64,000 nt of DNA from Nitrospiraceae bacterium (GCA_050246315.1 JBFWWG010000002.1:192001-256000); one strand, 5' to 3'; shown: positions 1 to 10,930, numbered from the stretch's first letter. A program made the numbers and translations. The notes: generated by a model from the letters alone, not told the origin.

Positions 1-471
1 GTGCCGCATCCCCATGATTTCGCCCTCCGCGGTTTCGGCGGTGATCTCAAGACAAGCGGGCAGGTTTGTCCGGTTCACGATGAGGGAATGGTAACGGGTG
101 GCTTCAAAGGGATTGGGAAGACCGCGGTAAATCGATTTTCCATCATGCTGCACCAAGGATGTCTTCCCGTGCATCAGCCGTGGGGCCCGGATGACCTCGC
201 CTCCGTAAGCGACTGCCAAGGATTGATGACCCAGACAGACGCCGAGCAACGGCAGCAGGCCGGAGAACCGGCGGATGGTCTCGATCGACACGCCCGCCTC
301 CTTCGGTGTACAGGGGCCCGGCGAAATGACGATGCGGGCCGGCTTGAGCTTCTCGATCTCTTCGACCGTTATCTTGTCGTTCCGATAAACCTGGACCTCT
401 TCGCCGAGCTCGCCGAAGTATTGCACCAGGTTATACGTAAATGAATCGTAGTTGTCGATCATCAAGAGCAT
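1..471 (-). CDS. trpG: Anthranilate/aminodeoxychorismate synthase glutamine amidotransferase subunit (3' end runs off the window)
   Basis: Hand translation from ATG at 471 gives [25 protein letters not shown], the class I GATase TrpG/PabA N-terminal motif; lies directly downstream of trpE. Confidence 0.9.
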   Translation of the reverse strand, partial: MLLMIDNYDSFTYNLVQYFGELGEEVQVYRNDKITVEEIEKLKPARIVISPGPCTPKEAGVSIETIRRFSGLLPLLGVCLGHQSLAVAYGGEVIRAPRLMHGKTSLVQHDGKSIYRGLPNPFEATRYHSLIVNRTNLPACLEITAETAEGEIMGMRH

Positions 472-574
472 GGTTGAACTCGCCATTCGTCAACAATCAC
501 TCGCCGTTCGAACAGCCGAACAGCAGATTCGTCTCCGCCGCATGACGATTGACGCGTGACCATTGACGCCGTTC

Positions 575-2071
575 TCATTCCAATCCCCGCTCCGCCATCT
601 CGATCGCCTTCATCATGGCCCGTGCCTTATTGCAGGTCTCCTGATATTCGTGCTCCGGCTGCGAATCAGCCACGATACCCGCTCCAGCCTGGATGTAGGC
701 CTGCCGGCCCTTCAGCACCACAGTGCGGATGTTGATGCACATGTCCATGTTCCCGCCGAAGCTGAAATAGCCGACGGCTCCGGCGTAGGGGCCGCGCCTG
801 GTCGGTTCGAGCTCCTCGATGATCTGCATGGCCCGAATCTTTGGCGCGCCCGACACAGTCCCGGCGGGGAAGCAGGCGCGAAAGACGTCGTAGGCGTCTT
901 TTCCATCCTGAAGCTGCCCTCGGACGTGCGACACAATGTGCATGACGTGGGAGTACCGCTCCACCTGCATCAGCGATTCCACGGTCACCGAACCCTGGAC
1001 CGCGACACGCCCGACATCGTTCCGGCCCAGATCCACCAGCATGACGTGCTCCGCACGCTCCTTTTCGTCCCGTAGCAGCTCCCGCTCCAGCTCACGGTCC
1101 TCCTCCGTGGACTTGCCTCTGCGTCTCGTTCCAGCGATGGGCCGGACCGCGATGTGCCCGTCCTCGCAGCGCACGAGGATTTCAGGGGAAGAGCCCACCA
1201 ACTCGACCTCGCCGATGCGGAGATAATACATGTAGGGAGACGGATTGATCGCGCGTAAGGCGCGGTACAACTCAAAAGGCTTGGTCTGTAAATGAGTTTC
1301 CCACCGTTGCGAGACGACCCCCTGTACGATATCGCCGGCTTGAATATAGTCTTTGGTGCGGACCACGAGTTTTTCGAAGTCGGCACGGCTCAAGTTCGGC
1401 GTGAAGCTGATCGGCGTACGGCGGGTTTTGGGCTGGTCGCGTCTGAGCGGACGTCGCAGCCGCGCGATGATTCCTTCGATTCGAGCCGTGGCGTCCTTGT
1501 AGGCATCTCGAACGACCGATTCCTTGGCCGAATCCACATGGGCATTCGCCACGACTTTGATCGTCTGTGTGACTCGATCGAAGATGACCAGCGTATCCGT
1601 AATCAGAAACGCGAAGTCGGGGACCTCGATGCCCTCCTTGCGCCTGAACCCAATGTCTTCGAAACAACGGACGGTATCATAGCCGACGTAGCCCACGGCG
1701 CCGCCCACGAACCGAGGCAACCCGGAGACGGTTACAGGACGATAGGCGGCCATATATTCCCGGAGCCTGGCCAGCGGATCTCCGTTGGCCGGAATGCGGC
1801 GTGTCAGTTTACCCTGTCGGACGATCAGGTCGTCGCGATCCTGGACGATGGTCACCGGCGAGCCGGATCCGAGAAACGAGTAGCGCCCCCAATGCTCACC
1901 GCCCTCGACGCTCTCCAGGAGGTAGGCGGAGGGGCCGTGGTCGATCTTGGCAAAGGCTGATACGGGCGTTTCGAAATCGGCGAGAATTTCCCGATAGAGC
2001 GGGATCAGGTTACCCTGTCGCGCCACGGTCCGGAATTCGTCGAGACTGAGTGAATAGGGCGCTTTCTGCAT
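575..2071 (-). CDS. trpE: Anthranilate synthase component I
   Basis: LLESVEGGE, NPSPYMY, SSPE, PIAGTRRRG, EHVMLVDLGRND, PAGTVSGAPK, QAGAGIVADS motifs. Confidence 0.95.
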   Translation of the reverse strand: MQKAPYSLSLDEFRTVARQGNLIPLYREILADFETPVSAFAKIDHGPSAYLLESVEGGEHWGRYSFLGSGSPVTIVQDRDDLIVRQGKLTRRIPANGDPLARLREYMAAYRPVTVSGLPRFVGGAVGYVGYDTVRCFEDIGFRRKEGIEVPDFAFLITDTLVIFDRVTQTIKVVANAHVDSAKESVVRDAYKDATARIEGIIARLRRPLRRDQPKTRRTPISFTPNLSRADFEKLVVRTKDYIQAGDIVQGVVSQRWETHLQTKPFELYRALRAINPSPYMYYLRIGEVELVGSSPEILVRCEDGHIAVRPIAGTRRRGKSTEEDRELERELLRDEKERAEHVMLVDLGRNDVGRVAVQGSVTVESLMQVERYSHVMHIVSHVRGQLQDGKDAYDVFRACFPAGTVSGAPKIRAMQIIEELEPTRRGPYAGAVGYFSFGGNMDMCINIRTVVLKGRQAYIQAGAGIVADSQPEHEYQETCNKARAMMKAIEMAERGLE

Positions 2072-2099
2072 ACCTCGACCATTGTGTGATGTGACGGCG

Positions 2100-2708
2100 C
2101 TATTCCATGCCGACGATGAGTTTCTGTCCGACTTCGATAATATCGTCCTGGAGACGATTCCATTCGCGGATCTTCGCCACAGACGTCCCGTATTTGCGGC
2201 TCAAGCGGAAGACGGTATCGCCGGGCTTGACCACATGCTGGACCGTCTTGCGGTCCGTCATGGCCAGCGCGCCGTCGGTCATCAAGGGGTCGGGGATCTC
2301 CGGTGCTTTGGCCATTGATTCCTCTAACGGAGGAAGCATCTCGGCAGGTTTGGCCTTGCTCAGAGTCTGCGACGGGATCCGTTTCATCTGCGACTGAGCC
2401 TTTTCCTGCAAGGCCATCGCCTCCCGCAATGAATCCGTCTCTTCCTGAGTCCGGGCCAATTGTTCGCGAACCGCCTGAACCTGCGCGCTCAGCTCGCGGT
2501 TGCGTGCCTCATAATCGGCCGCGTCCCGCTTCACTCGCTTGACCTCACTATCGAGTTCGGCCGTCCGCTTTTCCTCCTGGGCCAGCAGGCGCTGAAAATT
2601 CAAGCTCCGCGCCTTTTCCGCCTCGTAGGTCTCCTTGAATACGCACCCAGTGGTTGCCAGGAACAGACCCGTCATCATCAGGGCGCATCCGATCTTGATT
2701 ACTGCCAT
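2100..2708 (-). CDS. Lipoprotein with coiled coil and C-terminal LysM domain
   Basis: Signal peptide ending TTGC, heptad-rich middle, C-terminal HVVKPGDTVFRLSRKYGTSVAKIREWN...IEVGQKL (LysM). Alternative start 2741. Confidence 0.8.
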   Translation of the reverse strand: MAVIKIGCALMMTGLFLATTGCVFKETYEAEKARSLNFQRLLAQEEKRTAELDSEVKRVKRDAADYEARNRELSAQVQAVREQLARTQEETDSLREAMALQEKAQSQMKRIPSQTLSKAKPAEMLPPLEESMAKAPEIPDPLMTDGALAMTDRKTVQHVVKPGDTVFRLSRKYGTSVAKIREWNRLQDDIIEVGQKLIVGME

Positions 2709-3021
2709 GCGAGCACCTGTCCTTTCTCTGATGTCCTCCACCGCATCACGGTTGAGAGGATCGCTACAGAATAGTGGGCGGATCGTCGAAAGTCAAAGCG
2801 ATGAGCGCGGTCCCGCCATCGTCCTAGCCCGTTTGACCCCTCGCAGCCCCTATGGTACGGTCCCAACCGTCAGCCCTCGAACAAGCCCATGTTTCCTCGC
2901 TTCATAATCATCTAGGGAAGGTCTGAATAATTCCCAATTTCGATTGGTAGGTGTACAAAAGACGGGAAATCTGGCGGATCGCGGCCTAGGATTTTGAATT
3001 GATCAGACCTTCCCTAGCCTG

Positions 3022-3963
3022 ATGACCGTATCGAACGACCGCACACGAATCGTTGAAGGCGTCACCCTTCATCTGGCCCAACCCCTGTTCCGCGAACAGC
3101 AGTGGATCGGCGAGCGGGACGTCCTGAAACAACTGCTGGCCTGTTGGCTGGTCGTGGATCCGAAAGACCTGCCCCTGTCTCCGCGGCTGACGGGACCGCC
3201 CGGCATCGGCAAGACCACGCTTGCTATGAGCGCGGCCAAAGAACGCAAGCAGCAGGTCTTCGTGTACCAGTGTACGGCTGACACGAGGCCGGAGGACTTG
3301 TTGGTGACGCCGGTCCTGGCGGAGTCCGGCGCCATCGCGTACCATGCCTCTCCCCTCGTGACCGCCATGCTCATCGGAGCCGTCTGCGTGTTGGATGAAG
3401 GCAACCGGATGAACGAGAAGAGCTGGGCTTCGCTCGCACCATTACTCGATCACCGCCGCTGCGTCGAATCGATCGTGGCGGGGATCCTGATCCCGGCACA
3501 CGACGACTTCCGTTGTTGCGTGACCATGAACGAGGACGCATCCACCTACGAGGTACCGGATTATATCCTCTCCCGTCTGCAACCGACGTTGCGGTTGGGA
3601 TTTCCCCGCCGTGAGGATGAGTTGGCCATCCTCCGATACCATCTGCCGTTCGCACCGGCTGATCTTCTGTCGATGACTGTGGATTTCTTGCAGCAGGCCC
3701 ATCACTTGAATCTGGAATACTCCGTCCGAGACGGCATCCATCTGCTGCAATACGCGATCAAGCGCCTGGCTCAGGATCCCGGCCATCCCCTGTCCAAGGA
3801 TGCGGCTTGGAGCGAAGCCCTCGTGATGGTCCTGGGCGAGGACGCCCGTGACCTGCAAGGGCAGGCCAAGCGGCGGCACCGCGCACTGGGCGAACAACCA
3901 CTGCCCCGCGGCATGGGAGACTTCTTCTTCGAGAGCGACGACCCCCTGCACCCTGATCGATAA
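3022..3963 (+). CDS. MoxR/CbbQ-type AAA+ ATPase
   Basis: Walker A GPPGIGKT, Walker B VLDEGNR, VTMN sensor and SRL arginine finger. Confidence 0.85.
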   Translation: MTVSNDRTRIVEGVTLHLAQPLFREQQWIGERDVLKQLLACWLVVDPKDLPLSPRLTGPPGIGKTTLAMSAAKERKQQVFVYQCTADTRPEDLLVTPVLAESGAIAYHASPLVTAMLIGAVCVLDEGNRMNEKSWASLAPLLDHRRCVESIVAGILIPAHDDFRCCVTMNEDASTYEVPDYILSRLQPTLRLGFPRREDELAILRYHLPFAPADLLSMTVDFLQQAHHLNLEYSVRDGIHLLQYAIKRLAQDPGHPLSKDAAWSEALVMVLGEDARDLQGQAKRRHRALGEQPLPRGMGDFFFESDDPLHPDR

Positions 3964-3972
3964 GTCCGTCCG

Positions 3973-6033
3973 ATGTCTTTCGCGAGCGATACGACCGAGC
4001 GGGCGTTACGCCTCTCTGGCAGGATCACGCTGCTCCCCCTCGTGCATGGCAGCGGCGATATGGCTCAGGAAGTCCGGGAAACCCTGATCATGCGCCGGTG
4101 GGATTGTCTCGCCGTTCCGCTGCCCCCTTCCGCGGCGGATGCCGTAGAGACCGGCCTTTCCGAATTGCCTGCCGTTCATCTGGCAGTTGTCGAAGAGCCC
4201 CTTGGAGACGCGGGAACGGCCGACGCCTTCGGGTCAGCCGTCAGTTTCATCCCGATCGATCCTTGTCAGGGCGTCGTCATGGGGCTCCGCGTCGCGATCG
4301 GCGAAGGGATTCCCTGCGAGTACATCGATCGGGAGGTGACGATTTTTGAGCCCGAATCGATAGCGGCTCCGGATCCCTATGCGCTCAAGACCGTGTCGCT
4401 CGCGGCCTATGCCGCCTCATTGGTGGCGGTATCGCCCAGACCGGAGCCGGGCAGCCAGCGGGCGCAGCGGATTGCCTGGATGGCCTTTCGACTGCACGAA
4501 CTGGAACTTGAGTACAGCGATATGCTCTGCCTCTGCTCGGTGGCCGACTGGCCGTGGCTGCGAGAGGCCTATCTGGAGCGGAGCCCCTACCTCCCTCCGG
4601 AAGCTCCGACCACGACATGGACGGTGCATCCCGTCTCGCAGGATACGTTGTATTTTGTGCTGGGTGAACTGCCCTTCCTCACCGAATTGTACGAGCGGCG
4701 CCGAGCCGATATGCGCTCCGACCGCCACCTCGCGATTGATGGGTTGAAGGAACTCTTGCTGGAAACGAGGTCCCGCTGGATGGCCTCCAGACCGGCCGGG
4801 GTCGAGACGGTCACCAATTGGGTCACGCCGCAACTTCTTCAAGTCTATCTGCAATATGTCCGCAACCTGGCCCTGCTCGATCGACGGTTGACGCCGGACC
4901 TGTACACCCTCGTGCTCGCAGCCAAACAGATCGCCGGCGATGAGTTCGCCATCCAACTGCTGGAGACTGCGAAGCACTATGCGTTCCAATCGGAATCAGA
5001 GACAAGGTGGCGCGGCAGCATCGACGCAGGCATCGACCGCCTCATCCTGCCTGACGGACGCCTCGCGAAGGCCAAGAATCGACTGGCAGGGATGCCGTTG
5101 ATCTGGCGAAGCCTGTCGCTTCGTCCGGTTCCCAAGCAGATCGACAGCCGCCGGTGGGGCTTGCGCTGGGATCCCTTTCGCCAATGCTCTTGGCCTCCGG
5201 AAGATCAAAAGATTGAAAGTTTCGCCAGCCATGTCCGTGACCAGGCCCGAGCTCTCATGGGAGCCGACCTAGCCAAGGTTGATAAGTTCACCACCTCCTT
5301 GAAGGATGGCATTGATCTCCGGGAAAGCCTGAGAAATTGGACCAGTCGCCGCGGGCATAGCGGCGGCGCCGCCATGGTCCATGCTCCACGGCCAAACCGA
5401 CAGGCTGGACATCGCACCGCCGACCCTGCCTCAGGCCGGATCCAATCGGCGCCGGCCATCCTCTCGTCACAACCGGATCAACTGCATCGACCGGATCACC
5501 CGCATCGGATGGACATCTACGTCAAAGAAGTACCGCCAGCTCGCGGGCAAGTGGAAATCGTCGTCTTTCTCTTCGCGACGCCGGCCGACCCGGATTCCTA
5601 TACATGGAAAGCAACCTGGTATGCCGAACATCAACGGGAATCCACCCTCTGTTTTTTCGCCACCGACTTTCTTGAACACATGATCGGTCCCGGCATCGCC
5701 CAGTCGAAATATGGCGGTGCCCTGTTCTTGTACCCGCCCCGACCGATCCCGGACATCTGGACCGATCGTCGGCTCGATGGAACCACCGCCCTGGAGGACC
5801 GACTGATCGCCGCCGCGGCGATGCACTCGCGCGAAACGCACATCGCCCTGGTCTCCCCATTGCCTCCATCGGCCCGCTGGCGCAGGATCGCGCGGCACTT
5901 CAACCGCCGCCTGCTTCCGATTCCGTTGGGTCGTTTCAGTGCGCAGACCATCGATCGGCTGCGCACCTTCCATGTGCTGAACGGCCATGAGGTTCGGAGT
6001 TACGCCTCCCGCTTCATCAGGGAAATACGATGA
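3973..6033 (+). CDS. Hypothetical 686-aa protein, probable partner of the MoxR-type ATPase
   Basis: Long ORF starting 9 nt after the ATPase stop and overlapping ligA (ATGA); contains GIDLRESLR, similar to the segment preceding CoxE-type vWA domains. Confidence 0.65.
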   Translation: MSFASDTTERALRLSGRITLLPLVHGSGDMAQEVRETLIMRRWDCLAVPLPPSAADAVETGLSELPAVHLAVVEEPLGDAGTADAFGSAVSFIPIDPCQGVVMGLRVAIGEGIPCEYIDREVTIFEPESIAAPDPYALKTVSLAAYAASLVAVSPRPEPGSQRAQRIAWMAFRLHELELEYSDMLCLCSVADWPWLREAYLERSPYLPPEAPTTTWTVHPVSQDTLYFVLGELPFLTELYERRRADMRSDRHLAIDGLKELLLETRSRWMASRPAGVETVTNWVTPQLLQVYLQYVRNLALLDRRLTPDLYTLVLAAKQIAGDEFAIQLLETAKHYAFQSESETRWRGSIDAGIDRLILPDGRLAKAKNRLAGMPLIWRSLSLRPVPKQIDSRRWGLRWDPFRQCSWPPEDQKIESFASHVRDQARALMGADLAKVDKFTTSLKDGIDLRESLRNWTSRRGHSGGAAMVHAPRPNRQAGHRTADPASGRIQSAPAILSSQPDQLHRPDHPHRMDIYVKEVPPARGQVEIVVFLFATPADPDSYTWKATWYAEHQRESTLCFFATDFLEHMIGPGIAQSKYGGALFLYPPRPIPDIWTDRRLDGTTALEDRLIAAAAMHSRETHIALVSPLPPSARWRRIARHFNRRLLPIPLGRFSAQTIDRLRTFHVLNGHEVRSYASRFIREIR

Positions 6034-8066
6034 CGACGCCGCCCGATATCCGCAGCCGAATCGCATCGCTTCGGAACGAGATTCGCCACCACGACTACCT
6101 GTACTACGTGAAGGATCGCCCGGTGGTTTCGGATACGGAATACGATCGGCTGTTTCGAGCGCTCCAGGAGCTGGAGGCGACGTACCCCGAGCTGGTCACG
6201 GCCGACTCCCCCACCCAGCGGGTCGGCGGCCATCCGCAGGCCGAACTTCAAAAAGTAGCACACGAGCGTCCCATGCTGAGCCTGGATTCCATCACCAGCG
6301 TGGAGGAGGTCTATGCATTCGACAAGCGAGTCAAGCGGGACCTCGACCTCGATCGGGTGGACTATACGGCCGAACCGAAGTTCGACGGTTTGTCGATCGA
6401 GCTGGTTTACCACGAAGGGCGTTTTGTCAGAGGGGCTACGAGAGGCGACGGAACGATCGGCGAGGACGTGACCGTCAATTTGCGCACGCTGCGGTCGGTG
6501 CCGCTCCAGTTGCGGAGTGAAGCGGAACCGCCGACCCATCTGGCGGTCCGCGGCGAGGTCTATATGCGCCTTGACGACTTTCAAGCGCTGAACCGCCGGA
6601 TCACGGAACGGGGGGAAGAGGCCTTTGCCAATCCGCGTAACGCGGCAGCCGGTTCTCTGCGACAATTGGATTCCCGCAAGACGGCTGAGCGCCCGTTGGT
6701 CCTCACCTGTTACGAGATCATGGTTCAATCCGGAGGACCTTCCCCCACCCATTGGGACGAACTCGACGCTTTGGCAGAATGGGGTCTACCGATCCCGTTT
6801 CAACGACGACGCTGCCCGACCATCGATGAAGTTGTCGCGTTTCACCGAGAGATGGAAGCTCACCGGGATGCCTTGCCGTTCGAGATCGACGGCATGGTTG
6901 TGAAGTTGGATCGCCGCGTTTGGCAAGAGACGCTTGGCGCCAAGTCCCGCAGTCCCAGATGGGCCATCGCCTTCAAGTTTCCCGCACGAAAGGAAATCAC
7001 CGTCGTGCAGGATATCGTGGTGTCTGTCGGCCGCACCGGCACCCTGACTCCCTTGGCCCTGCTCAAACCGGTTGAGGTCGGGGGGGTGACGATCAGCCGA
7101 GCGACCCTGCACAACGCCGACGAGGTCGCCCGCAAAGACATTCGAGTGGGCGACCAGGTGAAGGTGGAGCGGGCCGGAGATGTGATACCCGCCATCGCCG
7201 AGCGGGTGCCGGTGCCGGGCGAAGAACGGTCGGAGCCCTTCCACATGCCACACGACTGTCCGGTCTGCGGCTCGTCCGTTGCCCGCGAAGGGGCCTACTA
7301 TTACTGCACCGGCCAGGCCGTGTGCGAAGCCCAACTCAAGGGCTCGATTCAGCACTTTGCCGCCAAGGGGGCCGTGGACATCGATGGGATGGGCGAGAAA
7401 ACGGTCGCGCAATTGATCGACAAAGGGTTGGTCCATGATATCGCAGACCTGTTCCGACTGACCAAGGACCACCTGCTCACCTTGGATGGTTTTGCCGACC
7501 GCTCCGCTTCGCTCCTGCTGGACGCGATCGAGCGGCGGCGGACCATTCCCCTCGATCGCTTCCTGATGGGCCTCGGCATTCGCCAGGTGGGTCAGCATAT
7601 TGCCCGCGTGCTGGCCGATCATTTCGGGAACCTGGAAGACCTGATGGTCGCCTCGCCGGAGCAGCTCCTGGAGATTCACGAGGTCGGCCCGGAGATCTCC
7701 CGAAGCGTCGCCTTGTTCTTTCAGGAAGAGCGAAACCAGGCGGTCATCCGCAGACTGGAGGAATCGGGCGTTCGCATTGAGGCCAAGTCTCGGAAAGGAT
7801 CCGCACTGGCCGCCGACCTTCCGTTCACGGAGAAGACCGTGGTCTTCACCGGGGGGCTTGAACGATGGAGCAGAGAGGCGGCGAAACGGCGCGTCGAGGA
7901 ACTTGGCGGCCGTGTCAGCTCAAGCGTCAGCAAAAAGACCGACTATCTCGTCGCCGGCCGCGAGGCCGGCTCCAAGTTGGCCGAAGCCCAGCGTTTGGGT
8001 GTGCGCATCCTGACTGAAGAGGAGTTCGAGGAATTGGCAGGGAAGGTGGAGCGACCGGAAGGGTAG
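6030..8066 (+). CDS. ligA: NAD-dependent DNA ligase
   Basis: KFDG active site, TRGDG, ANPRNAAAGSLRQLD, C4 zinc finger, HhH motifs, C-terminal BRCT. Confidence 0.97.
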   Translation: MTTPPDIRSRIASLRNEIRHHDYLYYVKDRPVVSDTEYDRLFRALQELEATYPELVTADSPTQRVGGHPQAELQKVAHERPMLSLDSITSVEEVYAFDKRVKRDLDLDRVDYTAEPKFDGLSIELVYHEGRFVRGATRGDGTIGEDVTVNLRTLRSVPLQLRSEAEPPTHLAVRGEVYMRLDDFQALNRRITERGEEAFANPRNAAAGSLRQLDSRKTAERPLVLTCYEIMVQSGGPSPTHWDELDALAEWGLPIPFQRRRCPTIDEVVAFHREMEAHRDALPFEIDGMVVKLDRRVWQETLGAKSRSPRWAIAFKFPARKEITVVQDIVVSVGRTGTLTPLALLKPVEVGGVTISRATLHNADEVARKDIRVGDQVKVERAGDVIPAIAERVPVPGEERSEPFHMPHDCPVCGSSVAREGAYYYCTGQAVCEAQLKGSIQHFAAKGAVDIDGMGEKTVAQLIDKGLVHDIADLFRLTKDHLLTLDGFADRSASLLLDAIERRRTIPLDRFLMGLGIRQVGQHIARVLADHFGNLEDLMVASPEQLLEIHEVGPEISRSVALFFQEERNQAVIRRLEESGVRIEAKSRKGSALAADLPFTEKTVVFTGGLERWSREAAKRRVEELGGRVSSSVSKKTDYLVAGREAGSKLAEAQRLGVRILTEEEFEELAGKVERPEG

Positions 8067-8133
8067 CGCTCGGTCCAAAAGCCCCCCGCAGCAACATGCT
8101 GCGGAGTGAGCAGGTCTGAACGAGGCACGAAGG

Positions 8134-9429
8134 TTACGAGGCCTGCACATTGGCCGGATCGAGAGCCGGCGCCGGTTTTTCTTCCTTGATGATCTGCACC
8201 CGTTTGATGGATCGTTGATCCGCTTCCTGTACGATCAACCGACAATCGTTGAGCATCACCTCTTCTCCGGTCGCCGGAATTCGCCCTAAATGCTCTTGGA
8301 TCAGCCCGCTGATCGTATTGGCCTCCTCGTCCAGATCCAGCTTGAGGAATTCGTTGATCCGGCGCACTTCCGTGCGGCCATGGACCAGAAGCTGATTTTT
8401 GGCCACACGCTTGATCAGCTCCTCGCTCTGGTCGGTCTCATCCAGGATGTCGCCCACCACCTCCTCGAGAATATCCTCAAGGGTCACGACCCCCGCAAAC
8501 CCGCCGAACTCGTTGACCACGATCGCCATGTGCCGCTTTTCCTGCTGAAATTGCTTCATCAGTTCGTCGGCTGTCTTCCTGGTCGGCACAAACAGCGGAG
8601 GCTGCGCGATGTCCTTGAGCCGGAGTTGAGAGTTGCCCCTGGCCAGCTCCGTCAGGGCCTTGCTCTTGTAGATCATGCCGATAATGTTGTCCAGGTTACC
8701 ATCGTAGAGAGGGATCCTGGAGTACTTCGACCGAAAGAGTTGCTCCTGTACCTCCGCCAGCCGGACATTGGCATCCAGCGCAAAGACGAATTGTCTCGGG
8801 GTCATGGCATGTTCGGCCGTCAGGTCATTGAGCTGGAACACACGGTTGATCATTCTGGCCTCATGGCTCTCGATCATGCCGGACTTACTCCCGACATCGA
8901 GCATGATTTTCAGCTCTTCTTCCGTCACGAACGGAACCGTGAGACCCTTTCCGCCCGTAACCTTGTCGATAAGCGGTTCCAGCACATAGAGCAGCGGCTT
9001 GAGGCCCTGTTGGATCCAGTAAACGGGATAGGCCATGTTGAGGGCCACATGGACCGCGTACTTCGCGGCCAAAGTCTTGGGGACGACGTCTCCAAAAATC
9101 ATCAAGACGAACGTCAGTGCGCCTAGTGCGACCGCCAAGGCTTGGGTCAGCCCTTCGATCACCCCGCTGAAGGCGTGAGCGTCGAACATCCTGATAATCA
9201 ACAGGGTCGTATAGGAGGGGACCAGCGCGTTGACCAGGTTGTCTCCGACCATAATCGTGGACAGGAGCCGTTGGGGATTCTGTCTGAGGCAGAGGGCCAT
9301 GCGAGCCCGCTTGCTTCCGGCCTCGTCCATGGCACGCAGACGGGTCTCATTGACCGCAAAAAAGCCGATTTCCGCCGCGGAAATAATGGCCGACAATAGA
9401 ATTAGGACGAGGAGAACAAACGCATCCAT
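8134..9429 (-). CDS. CNNM/DUF21-CBS-CorC_HlyC (hemolysin family) membrane protein
   Basis: N-terminal TM helices with SAAEIG, FGDVVPK, tandem CBS (SRIPLY, AIVVNEFGG..GVVTLEDILEEVVG), CorC-type C-terminus. Confidence 0.9.
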   Translation of the reverse strand: MDAFVLLVLILLSAIISAAEIGFFAVNETRLRAMDEAGSKRARMALCLRQNPQRLLSTIMVGDNLVNALVPSYTTLLIIRMFDAHAFSGVIEGLTQALAVALGALTFVLMIFGDVVPKTLAAKYAVHVALNMAYPVYWIQQGLKPLLYVLEPLIDKVTGGKGLTVPFVTEEELKIMLDVGSKSGMIESHEARMINRVFQLNDLTAEHAMTPRQFVFALDANVRLAEVQEQLFRSKYSRIPLYDGNLDNIIGMIYKSKALTELARGNSQLRLKDIAQPPLFVPTRKTADELMKQFQQEKRHMAIVVNEFGGFAGVVTLEDILEEVVGDILDETDQSEELIKRVAKNQLLVHGRTEVRRINEFLKLDLDEEANTISGLIQEHLGRIPATGEEVMLNDCRLIVQEADQRSIKRVQIIKEEKPAPALDPANVQAS

Positions 9430-9439
9430 CAGAATTTAC

Positions 9440-9589
9440 TCAGCTTTGGATTGAGGACTCGCAATGGCGCAGGTGCGAGTCGACATCGGAGCCAGGGAAC
9501 CCAAGTCGCTGATCGAATTGGTTGGGGATACAGAAACTGAGGAGAGAAGGAGGATCAAGATAGTAGGTCTTTGGGCCTATATCATCCAT
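9440..9589 (-). CDS. Putative 49-aa upstream ORF/leader peptide of the CNNM gene
   Basis: AGAGGGG SD before ATG at 9589; MDDIGPKTYYLDPPSLLSF...IQS*; stops 10 nt before the CNNM ATG. Confidence 0.3.
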   Translation of the reverse strand: MDDIGPKTYYLDPPSLLSFCIPNQFDQRLGFPGSDVDSHLRHCESSIQS

Positions 9590-9740
9590 TGACCCCTCTT
9601 TTTGTAGCATAGACAGGCATGGCCATCAAGGGATTTAACCATTGTACTAGTGAAATAAAATCCTAATATATCACTACGTTACGCTAATCTATCACCTCAG
9701 AGCCGTCACACAGATACGCTGATTCTCCGCAGCAGAGCTG

Positions 9741-10514
9741 TCAGAGGTTTTCATCTCTGATGATGATAGGGTCAACCTGAAGCTCTGCCCCGACCCTGAT
9801 CGCGACAGGTTCTGCCTCCTCTTCCGATCGATACTGCCCCACCTGAACCCGATACCGCCTTCCTTCAGATAAGGTGACTGAAACGATCTGTGCGTCATAG
9901 TGAAGGCTTCGGACCCGATGAAGCAACGCCTTGGCCATCGCAGCATCGGCAAAGGAGCCGACCTGGATCCGCAGATAGCCGGATTGCCAAGCAGGTCCCT
10001 GAAAATCGATCACCCTGAGTTCGACCTCGTCCGTTCCAGGCCCTACCATCCCGATCGCCCTCGCTCCAGCATAGGAGAGGTCCAGAATCCGTCCCTTCGC
10101 AAACGGCCCGCGGTCATTGATCCGAACGGTCACCTCGCGGCCATTGGTCAGGGACCGAATCAAGACGATTGACCCCAGCGGCAAGGTGCGATGGGCCGCA
10201 GTCAATCGGTGCATGTCATACCGCTCACCGTTGGCGGTCTTGTTTCCGTGGAAACCGGGCCCATACCAGGATGCAATCCCGTGCTCGACATAGCCCAGGG
10301 GATACCCAGGCGGATGGATCGTCTTAATCGTCTGATGCGGACTCCCGCAACCCTGGAGAGCCGCAGCTAGGAGAAGCGGCACGACCTTGAGGTATAGCCG
10401 GAACCAAATGAATCGATCAAGAGAGGCTCGATGGCGGAGGATCGCTCTCTGGTCAGACTTCACTGCGTAGATCGCGCAAATTCCGTGAATGGAGAATCGA
10501 GACCTGGCTCGCAC
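9741..10514 (-). CDS. rlpA: Septal ring lytic transglycosylase RlpA (DPBB + SPOR); true start probably downstream of 10514
   Basis: GIASWYGPGFHGNKTANGERYD, TAAHRTLP, INDRGPF, ILDLS; C-terminal SPOR (IQVGSF...YRVQVG); lipobox LQGC. Confidence 0.9.
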   Translation of the reverse strand: MRARSRFSIHGICAIYAVKSDQRAILRHRASLDRFIWFRLYLKVVPLLLAAALQGCGSPHQTIKTIHPPGYPLGYVEHGIASWYGPGFHGNKTANGERYDMHRLTAAHRTLPLGSIVLIRSLTNGREVTVRINDRGPFAKGRILDLSYAGARAIGMVGPGTDEVELRVIDFQGPAWQSGYLRIQVGSFADAAMAKALLHRVRSLHYDAQIVSVTLSEGRRYRVQVGQYRSEEEAEPVAIRVGAELQVDPIIIRDENL

Positions 10515-10517
10515 CCG

Positions 10518-10928
10518 TTAAAACTCGTCGAGAGATTGCCCTCGTAGGAGCCCTAAGGCCTTGGAGGTATTCGAGACCGTCAGCACCACGATGGCACGGC
10601 TGCCTTCACGGGACGGGGTGCAATACCCGCACTTGATGTTGATCCTGGCTTTTTTCAACAGATCGGCAACGCCGGAGAGGGCTCCGGGTTTATTTTCCAA
10701 GCTGAGAACGAGGGCCGTTTCTTCCCGGAACTTCACCTTGGCCGCCCTTAATGCCGCCCGCGCCTGATCGACATCGGACACCAACACCCGGAGATTGCCC
10801 TTACCGGTGACCTCAGGGGCGGAAAAGGCCTTGATATTGACCTTGGCGCCGGCGAGCACCGAGACCACTTGCGCAAGCGCACCCGGCTTGCTCTGACCCG
10901 TGATGACAATTTGACTTGCGACTGGCAT
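10518..10928 (-). CDS. Tandem ACT-domain protein
   Basis: Two ACT repeats (SKPGALAQV..VNI; NKPGALSGV..INI). Confidence 0.8.
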   Translation of the reverse strand: MPVASQIVITGQSKPGALAQVVSVLAGAKVNIKAFSAPEVTGKGNLRVLVSDVDQARAALRAAKVKFREETALVLSLENKPGALSGVADLLKKARINIKCGYCTPSREGSRAIVVLTVSNTSKALGLLRGQSLDEF

Positions 10929-10930
10929 CC

